NCBI RefSeq assembly: GCF_000195975.1
Contig: NC_005070.1
Location: forward strand, 960,001-992,000
Origin: Parasynechococcus marenigrum WH 8102
GTDB lineage: Bacteria > Cyanobacteriota > Cyanobacteriia > PCC-6307 > Cyanobiaceae
DNA: 32,000 bases
Direction: 5' to 3'
Under the pieces are notes generated by a model. The model ran no database searches, was not told where the DNA came from, and saw only the letters and a list, made by a program, of their open reading frames with translations. The translations under genes and the position numbers were made by a program. Below are positions 13,979-20,770 of the stretch, piece by piece; positions within the stretch are counted from its first letter, which is position 1; every line of letters starts with the position of its first letter.

Positions 13979-16900
13979 CTAAGTCTGATCGTCGCCCGTT
14001 GAGCTGCCCGAGCTACCTGTGAAGACGATGGGTTGCTCCAGATTGGTGGATGTGGTGGTGGGGACGATGGTTCGAACATCGACTTGGGTGGAATCCGGAA
14101 GTTGGTTAATGAAATTATTGACGTTCCCGATCAGGTCATCTGTGGTTTCAGTTTCGCTATTGAGTTGTTGGATTGATTCTGTAAGGCTTTCCTGGGCTTC
14201 TTCAGAGGATTGAGCATCGGCTGATCCTTCTGACGTGATCGACACACCAGGCGGGAGTGTGACAGTGACGAGGTTGTCGTTGCTGGCGGTGTTTTCAACG
14301 AGTGTGGCGATGCCGGTTTGTGTGGAGGAGGTGTTGGTGAAGGTCTGGGAGTCATCACCCGAATCTGAGGTTTCGTCATCGGTTGCTGAAGACGTTGACG
14401 CGATGATGATGAGACCGGATTCATCCTCGACGGCCTCATCGATGGTGAGGCTGATGGTTTGGGTTTCCTTGTTGCCATCGCCATCAGTAACTTCAACGGT
14501 GAAGGAATCAGAACCGTTGAAGTCTGCGTTTGGTGTGTAGGTCCAAGCGCCAGTGGTGGCGTTGATGGAAGCGGTGCCGCTAGTTGCTGCAGAGGAAACG
14601 GTGAAGTTGGGTGTGGAGTCTCCGTCTGCGGCATCCGTGAAGCTGAGGGTGCCGGTGATGGTGACGCCTTCTGCACCGGATGTGCTGGTATCACCACCAA
14701 AGGAGCCGGCGTCATTTTGTTGGTTGATGGTGACACTGACGGTGGCTGTTTCTGTCACGCCACCGGATGTGACCGTGTAAGTAAAGGAATCAGAGCCGTT
14801 GAAGTGTTCGTTGGGTGTGTATTTCAGGGTGCCTGCATCGGCATCAACGATTTCAACGGAGCCATTGGAGCCTTGGGAGATCGCTGAAATGGCGTGAGAG
14901 CCATCAAAGGAATCATTGCTGAGGACGTTGTAGGTGAGAGTGGCGTCCTCATTGAGCGAGAAGGAATCAGCAACGATGTCATCAGCGGCGTTGACGGTTA
15001 GGGAGATAACTTGCGTTTCATTGTTGTTGTCGTCGTCAGTGACTTGAACGGTGACGGCAGTGGAGAGGCTGAGGGTTGCCGCGGAGATATCTGTGGTGTT
15101 TCCGTTGGTTGAGACATCAACGGTGGAGGCGTCAGCACGATCGGGACCACTGCCCGCGAAGCCAGCCGTGAAAGCCGGCGCGGCCGAGGTGCCGGTGTTG
15201 TTGAAATAAACAGTGTTGCCGTCGTTGTTGCCAATGAAGGCATCGAGATCACCGTCGGCATCGATGTCCGCGAAGTCCGGAGCGGAGCGGGAGCCAACAT
15301 CGCTGATCCCGAAGGGATTGGTGGTGGAACCACCAGAGAAGTCAGGTGCAGCCGAGGTGCCGGTGTTTTGAAAGAAAACAGTTAGGCCACGAATGTCACC
15401 GATCAAGGCATCGAGATCACCGTCGCCATCGATGTCCGCGAAGTCCGGATTGGAGCGGTCGCCAACATCGCTGATCCCGAAGGGATTGGTGGTGGAACCA
15501 GCGGAGAAGTCGGGAGCAGTTGATGTGCCGGTGTTTTGGAAGAAAACGGTGTTGCCGTCGTTGTTGCCAATGAAGGCATCAAGATCACCGTCGCCATCGA
15601 TGTCTACAAATTCCGGAGCGACGTAGTAGCCAAACTTTTCAAGCCCGAAGGGATTGGTGGTGGAACCGCCAGAGAAGTCGGGAGCGGCAGATGTGCCGGT
15701 GTTTAAGAAGAAAAGAGTGTCGCCGAACGTCCGATACCCTCTGTTGCCAATGAAGGCATCGAGATCACCGTCGCCATCGATATCTACAAAGTCCGGACGG
15801 GCTTCATAGCGACCACTCCCGCTTACTGCGCTGATCCCGAAGGGATTGGTGGTGGAACCGCGAGAGAAGTCAGGAACGGCCGAGGTGCCGTTGTTTTGGA
15901 AGAAAACAGTGTTGCCGTCGTAGTTGCCAATGAAGGCATCGAGATCACCGTCAGCATCGATGTCCGCGAAGACCGGAGCGGCGTTGCTGCCAACATCGCT
16001 GATCCCGAAGGGATTGATCGATGGGGATGAGGCCGCAGGGATGCCGGCTGAGTTATCAATCAGCCGAGTGGTGAGTGCTCCGGGCGTGCCGCTGAAGTCG
16101 GCAGCGGGAAGAAAGCGGAGCTTGGCGTCTGTGGTGAGATAAAGCGCGGTGGCATCGGCCAGTCCTGTGGTGGCAATGGCGGTCCAGTTGCTGCCGTCAT
16201 CAGTGGAGTATTGCCAGGCGCCTTGTGATGCGGTGGCGGCATTGGCGGTGATGGCGATGCCAACGAGGCTGTCGCCGTCGACATCGGAGAACGAGGAGGA
16301 AAACAGATTGGCAACGGTGTCGCCGACGGGATCGGTGCTGTCTTCTGAGATGGCGGCGAGGGATGGACTGCCGCTGGTGACTGGAGCATCATTAACAGCG
16401 GTGACGGTGATGGTGGAGGTCACCGCAGAAGAATCGGTATCGCCGTCATTCACAAGCCAGGAGATGGTGCGATCGGCGGTGTTGGGGTTATCTGAAGTGT
16501 TGTTGTAAGTGACGGATTCGAGAGCCGCTTTGTAGTTAGCGAGGCTGTCGGAACCGGTAAGGGTCAGGACGCCTGTGGATGCATTCCAGGAGCCTGAAAT
16601 TGAGGAGGTATCTAAGAAGGCGAGGACATCTTCTGCGGATTGGAAACCAGAGGAGATGGAGACGGTGGCCGATTCGATGTTGGTGTCATCGGCATCGGTG
16701 ATGGTGAGGGAAGAGTCGATTGGGGTAGCGCCATCCTCTTCTGAGAAGGCGAGAGTGGCTGAAGCTCCAGAGATGACGGGAGCGTTATTAACGGCCGTGA
16801 CGGTGATGGTGGAGGTCACCGCAGAAGAGTTGGTATCGCCATCATTGACAACCCAGGAAATGGTGCGATCGGCGGTGTTGGGATTATCTGATGTGTTGTT

Positions 16901-19900
16901 GTAGGTGACAGATTCGAAAGCCGCCTTGTAGTTCGCGAGGCTGTCGGAACCGGTGAGGGTGAGGACGCCTGTGGATGCATTCCAGGAGCCCGTGATTGCG
17001 GAGGTATCGGAGAAGGCGAGGACATCTTCTGCGGATTGGAAACCAGAGGAGATGGAGACGGTGGCCGATTCGATGTTGGAGTCGTCGGCATCGGTGATGG
17101 TGAGGGAGGAGTCGATGATTGTGGCGCCATTGCCTTCTGAGAAGGCGAGAGTGGCTGAGGCACCGGCGATGACGGGAGCGTCGTTAACAGCAGCGACGCT
17201 GATGGTGGAGGTCACCGCAGAAGAATTGGTGTCGCCGTCATTGACGACCCAGGAGATGATGCGATTGGAGGTATTGGGTGTATCGGACGTGTTGTTGTAG
17301 GTGACGGATTCCAGAGCCGCCTTGTAATTGGCAAGGGTGCCGGAACCGGTGAGGGTGAGGACGCCTGTGGATGCATTCCAGGAGCCTGAAATTGAGGAGG
17401 TATCTAAGAAGGCGAGGACATCTTCTGCGGATTGGAAACCTGAGGAGATGGAGACGGTGGCCGATTCGATGTTGGTGTCATCGGCATCGGTGATGGTGAG
17501 GGAAGAGTCGATTGGGGTAGCGCCATCCTCTTCTGAGAAGGCGAGAGTGGCTGAAGCTCCAGAGATGACGGGAGCGTTATTAACGGCCGTGACGGTGATG
17601 GTGGAGGTCACCGCAGAAGAGTTGGTATCGCCATCATTGACAACCCAGGAAATGGTGCGATCGGCGGTGTTGGGATTATCTGATGTGTTGTTGTAGGTGA
17701 CAGATTCGAAAGCCGCCTTGTAGTTCGCGAGGCTGTCGGAACCGGTGAGGGTGAGGACGCCTGTGGATGCATTCCAGGAGCCCATGATTGCGGAGGTATC
17801 GGAGAAGGCGAGGACATCTTCTGCGGATTGGAAACCAGAGGAGATGGAGACGGTGGCCGATTCGATGTTGGAGTCGTCGGCATCGGTGATGGTGAGGGAG
17901 GAGTCGATGATTGTGGCGCCATTGCCTTCTGAGAAGGCGAGAGTGGCTGAGGCACCGGCGATGACGGGAGCGTCGTTAACAGCAGCGACGCTGATGGTGG
18001 AGGTCACCGCAGAAGAATTGGTGTCGCCGTCATTGACGACCCAGGAGATGATGCGATTGGAGGTATTGGGTGTATCGGACGTGTTGTTGTAGGTGACGGA
18101 TTCCAGAGCCGCCTTGTAATTGGCAAGGGTGCCGGAACCGGTGAGGGTGAGGACGCCTGTGGATGCATCCCAGGAACCTGTGATTGCGGAGGTATCTAAG
18201 AAAGCGAGGACATCTTCTGTGGATTGGAAACCAGAGGAGATGGTGATGGTGGCCGATTCGATGTTGGAGTCATCGGCATCGGTGATGGTGAGGGAAGAGT
18301 CGATTGGGGTAGCGCCATCCTCTTCTGAGAAGGCGAGAGTGGCTGAAGCTCCAGAGATGACGGGAGCGTCGTTAACAGCAGCGACGCTGATGGTGGAGGT
18401 CACCGCAGAAGAATTGGTGTCACCGTCATTGACGACCCAGGAGATGATGCGATTGGAGGTATTGGGGTTATCGGACGTGTTGTTGTAAGTGACGGATTCG
18501 AGAGCCGCTTTGTAGTTCGCGAGGCTGTCGGAACCGGTAAGGGTGAGGACGCCTGTGGATGCATTCCAGGAGCCTGAAATTGAGGAGGTATTGGAGAAGG
18601 CGAGGACATCTTCTGCGGATTGGAAACCAGAGGAGATGGAGACGGTGGCCGATTCGATGTTGGTGTCATCGGCATCGGTGATGGTGAGGGAGGAATCAAT
18701 AACAGTGGCGCCATTGCCTTCTGTGAAAGCAAGGGTGCTGCCGGCACCGGTGATTGTGGGTGAGTCATTAACAGCGGTGACGGCCGTGGAAAGGCTGAGG
18801 GTTGCCGCGGAGATATCTGTGGTGTTGCCGTTGGTTGAGACATCAATGGTGGAGGCGTTGGTGGAGGCGTTGGCACGAGCGGATCTTCCCGCGAAGCCAG
18901 CCGCGAAAGCCGGCGCGGAAGAGGTGCCGGTGTTGTGGAAGAAAACAGTGTTGCCCCAGCGGTCGCCAATGAAAGCATCGAGAAGTCCGTCGCCATCGAT
19001 GTCCGCGAAGACCGGTGCGGCCGCTAGGCCAACATTGCTGATCCCAAAGGGATTGGCAGTGGAATCGTCAGTGAAGTCCGGCGCGGCCGAGGTGCCGGTG
19101 TTGTTGAAGAAAGCAGTGGTGCCGTCGGTGCCGCCAATAAAAGCATCGAGATCACCGTCGCCATCGATATCAACAAAGTCCGGCGCGGCGCGGGTGCCAA
19201 CATCGCTGATCCCGAAGGCACTGGTGGTGGAACCGCCAGAGAAGTCGGGAGCGGCCGAGGTACCGGTGTTTAGGAAGAAAACGGTTGTGCCGTTGATTTG
19301 GCCAATGAAGGCATCGAGATCACCGTCAGCATCGATGTCCGCGAAGACCGGAGTGGAGCGGTCGCCAACATCTGCAAGCCCGAAGGGATTGGTGGTGGAA
19401 CCGCCAGAGAAGTCGGGAGCGGCCGAGGTGCCGGTGTTTAGGAAGAAAACGGTGTTGCCGACTGAGTTGCCAATGAAGGCATCGAGATCACCGTCGCCAT
19501 CGATATCTACAAAGTCCGGAGAGGCGTAGAAGCCAACATCTGCAAGTCCGAAGGGATTGGTGGTGGAACCGCCAGAGAAGTCGGGAGCGTCCGAGGTGCC
19601 GTTGTTTTGGAAGAAAACAGTGTTGCCGTGGTTGTTGCCAATGAAGGCATCGAGATCACCGTCGCCATCGATGTCTACAAAGTCCGGAGCGATGTAGTTG
19701 GCAGCATCTGCAAGCCCGAAGGGATTGATCGATGGGGATGAGGCCGCAGGGATGCCGGCTGAGTTATCAATCAGCCGAGTGGTGAGTGCTCCGGGCGTGC
19801 CGCTGAAGTCGGCAGCGGGAAGAAAGCGGAGCTTGGCGTCTGTGGTGAGATAAAGCGCGGTGGCATCGGCCAGTCCTGTGGTGGCAATGGCGGTCCAGTT

Positions 19901-20671
19901 GCTGCCGTCATCAGTGGAGTATTGCCAGGCGCCTTGTGATGCGGTGGCGGCATTGGCGGTGATGGCGATGCCAGCGAGGGTGTCGCTATCGACATCGGAG
20001 AACGAGGAGGAAAACAGATTGGCAACGGTTTCACCGGCTGGATCAGTGCTCTCTTCTGAGATGGCGGCGAGGGATGGGCTGCCGCTGGCAACGGGTGCTC
20101 CATTGAGCTGAGCCTGCCAGGCCTGGCGTCGTGCCGGTTCGACGGGTAGAGCCGGCGATGCTGCTGCGCTGCTCGCGTTTCTAGTCGCAAGAGTCCAATG
20201 GGAGCTGCCATCCTCGTGGCAACCGAGGGTGTTGGCTGTGCTCCAAATCGTGGTTCCGGTGAGCTCTTCTAAAAGGGCGATGAAGTTGTGATCAGCGCCA
20301 GCGCGGCAACTCCACAGGGCCAGGTTGCTGAGCTCCCAGTTGGCGAGGTTTTGGGCGTTGGCCAGTAGATAGGCGCTGTTGATTCGGTTGTCGCCCAGGT
20401 GGAGTTCGCCTGGGCTGCCATGGCTCACCCAATGCAGGGTGTCCACCGGCTGGCCCAGCGTTCGGCGCTCGGCCAGAGCACGGCTCACGGTTTCTAGGGG
20501 CAGCTCCTGGCCATCGAGCCAGAGCACCAGTGCTTCTGTTGCCGTGAGCAGTTTGCGGATTTGAGGACACGCGCCGTCCGCAACAATCAATTCACTCGCT
20601 TTGGCTGCGGTGAAAGAGGTAAACTTGCCTGAGTCCACCAGGGAAAAGCTGCTGAACACAACTTTATTCAA
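13979..20671 (-). CDS. Giant repeat-rich cell-surface protein: DUF4347-like N-terminus, two cadherin-like modules, 5+5 FG-GAP/VCBS calcium-binding repeats, six 132-aa VNDAP-delimited Ig/cadherin-like repeats, acidic Thr/Ser-rich tail
   Basis: 2230-aa ORF. The N-terminal block LHWVSHGSPGELHLGD...LALWSCRAGAD resembles DUF4347. F(V/A)DIDGDGDLDAFIGN...TVFF.NTGTS motifs occur ten times. Six near-identical 132-aa units start with AVN(D/N)AP. GC content is visibly lower than in the core genes to the left. The start is uncertain (TTG 20671 per the track; GTG 20659 is also possible). Confidence 0.85.
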   Translation of the reverse strand: MNKVVFSSFSLVDSGKFTSFTAAKASELIVADGACPQIRKLLTATEALVLWLDGQELPLETVSRALAERRTLGQPVDTLHWVSHGSPGELHLGDNRINSAYLLANAQNLANWELSNLALWSCRAGADHNFIALLEELTGTTIWSTANTLGCHEDGSSHWTLATRNASSAAASPALPVEPARRQAWQAQLNGAPVASGSPSLAAISEESTDPAGETVANLFSSSFSDVDSDTLAGIAITANAATASQGAWQYSTDDGSNWTAIATTGLADATALYLTTDAKLRFLPAADFSGTPGALTTRLIDNSAGIPAASSPSINPFGLADAANYIAPDFVDIDGDGDLDAFIGNNHGNTVFFQNNGTSDAPDFSGGSTTNPFGLADVGFYASPDFVDIDGDGDLDAFIGNSVGNTVFFLNTGTSAAPDFSGGSTTNPFGLADVGDRSTPVFADIDADGDLDAFIGQINGTTVFFLNTGTSAAPDFSGGSTTSAFGISDVGTRAAPDFVDIDGDGDLDAFIGGTDGTTAFFNNTGTSAAPDFTDDSTANPFGISNVGLAAAPVFADIDGDGLLDAFIGDRWGNTVFFHNTGTSSAPAFAAGFAGRSARANASTNASTIDVSTNGNTTDISAATLSLSTAVTAVNDSPTITGAGSTLAFTEGNGATVIDSSLTITDADDTNIESATVSISSGFQSAEDVLAFSNTSSISGSWNASTGVLTLTGSDSLANYKAALESVTYNNTSDNPNTSNRIISWVVNDGDTNSSAVTSTISVAAVNDAPVISGASATLAFSEEDGATPIDSSLTITDADDSNIESATITISSGFQSTEDVLAFLDTSAITGSWDASTGVLTLTGSGTLANYKAALESVTYNNTSDTPNTSNRIISWVVNDGDTNSSAVTSTISVAAVNDAPVIAGASATLAFSEGNGATIIDSSLTITDADDSNIESATVSISSGFQSAEDVLAFSDTSAIMGSWNASTGVLTLTGSDSLANYKAAFESVTYNNTSDNPNTADRTISWVVNDGDTNSSAVTSTITVTAVNNAPVISGASATLAFSEEDGATPIDSSLTITDADDTNIESATVSISSGFQSAEDVLAFLDTSSISGSWNASTGVLTLTGSGTLANYKAALESVTYNNTSDTPNTSNRIISWVVNDGDTNSSAVTSTISVAAVNDAPVIAGASATLAFSEGNGATIIDSSLTITDADDSNIESATVSISSGFQSAEDVLAFSDTSAITGSWNASTGVLTLTGSDSLANYKAAFESVTYNNTSDNPNTADRTISWVVNDGDTNSSAVTSTITVTAVNNAPVISGASATLAFSEEDGATPIDSSLTITDADDTNIESATVSISSGFQSAEDVLAFLDTSSISGSWNASTGVLTLTGSDSLANYKAALESVTYNNTSDNPNTADRTISWLVNDGDTDSSAVTSTITVTAVNDAPVTSGSPSLAAISEDSTDPVGDTVANLFSSSFSDVDGDSLVGIAITANAATASQGAWQYSTDDGSNWTAIATTGLADATALYLTTDAKLRFLPAADFSGTPGALTTRLIDNSAGIPAASSPSINPFGISDVGSNAAPVFADIDADGDLDAFIGNYDGNTVFFQNNGTSAVPDFSRGSTTNPFGISAVSGSGRYEARPDFVDIDGDGDLDAFIGNRGYRTFGDTLFFLNTGTSAAPDFSGGSTTNPFGLEKFGYYVAPEFVDIDGDGDLDAFIGNNDGNTVFFQNTGTSTAPDFSAGSTTNPFGISDVGDRSNPDFADIDGDGDLDALIGDIRGLTVFFQNTGTSAAPDFSGGSTTNPFGISDVGSRSAPDFADIDADGDLDAFIGNNDGNTVYFNNTGTSAAPAFTAGFAGSGPDRADASTVDVSTNGNTTDISAATLSLSTAVTVQVTDDDNNNETQVISLTVNAADDIVADSFSLNEDATLTYNVLSNDSFDGSHAISAISQGSNGSVEIVDADAGTLKYTPNEHFNGSDSFTYTVTSGGVTETATVSVTINQQNDAGSFGGDTSTSGAEGVTITGTLSFTDAADGDSTPNFTVSSAATSGTASINATTGAWTYTPNADFNGSDSFTVEVTDGDGNKETQTISLTIDEAVEDESGLIIIASTSSATDDETSDSGDDSQTFTNTSSTQTGIATLVENTASNDNLVTVTLPPGVSITSEGSADAQSSEEAQESLTESIQQLNSETETTDDLIGNVNNFINQLPDSTQVDVRTIVPTTTSTNLEQPIVFTGSSGSSTGDDQT
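16004..16388 (-). repeat. Distal copy of a ~385-nt intragenic segmental duplication (partner at 19715-20099)
   Basis: Sequence from CCCGAAGGGATTGATCGATGGGGATGAGGCCGCAGGG onward reads identically by eye for roughly 260 nt at both positions (offset 3711 nt), then diverges by scattered substitutions. Both copies encode ...SPSLAAISE.STDP...AWQYSTDDGSNWTAIATTGLADATALYLTTDAKLRFLPAADFSGTPGALTTRLIDNSAGIPAASSPSINPFG. Confidence 0.85.
16390..18780 (-). repeat. Six tandem 396-nt coding repeats organised as a 792-nt higher-order repeat
   Basis: Unit boundaries (GTTAACAGC / ATTAACGGC motifs encoding AVND/AVNN) recur about every 396 nt. Shadow ORFs in the track recur with an exact 792-nt offset (16953 vs 17745, 16816 vs 17608, 17328 vs 18120) and differ by one residue or none (17328 vs 18120 by a few). 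Confidence 0.9.
19715..20099 (-). repeat. Proximal copy of the intragenic segmental duplication (partner at 16004-16388)
   Basis: See partner entry. Each copy is followed, in the protein direction, by a block of five FG-GAP-type repeats. Confidence 0.85.
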
Positions 20672-20674
20672 ATT

Positions 20675-20703
20675 TTTATAATTTAAATCTACTTGAAATT
20701 CAA
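20675..20703 (-). promoter_or_regulatory. Candidate sigma70-type promoter in the AT-rich spacer upstream of the giant gene
   Basis: The minus strand reads TTGAAT, then a 17-nt spacer, then TATAAA, inside a 99-bp strongly AT-rich gap (20672-20770) that contrasts with the flanking GC-rich coding DNA. The -10 element ends only 3 nt before the TTG used by the ORF track. Confidence 0.4.
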
Positions 20704-20770
20704 AAGTGTGTAGTAAATATTTCGTTTTTGTTTGATTTATCCTGGTTAAAAAACGAGGATCGCGAAGTCG

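Noticed and set aside
16390-18780. Regular tandem repeats considered as a possible CRISPR array or satellite
   Set aside because: The units are 396 nt, contiguous without unique spacers, and in frame within one long ORF encoding Ig/cadherin-like domains.
14019-19529. Series of plus-strand and alternative-frame ORFs inside the giant gene, many recurring every 792 nt (e.g. 16953-17300, 17745-18092, 18543-19529)
   Set aside because: Their periodicity simply mirrors the coding repeats of the minus-strand adhesin. Their Pro/Ser-rich or Val/Glu-rich sequences are frame shadows.
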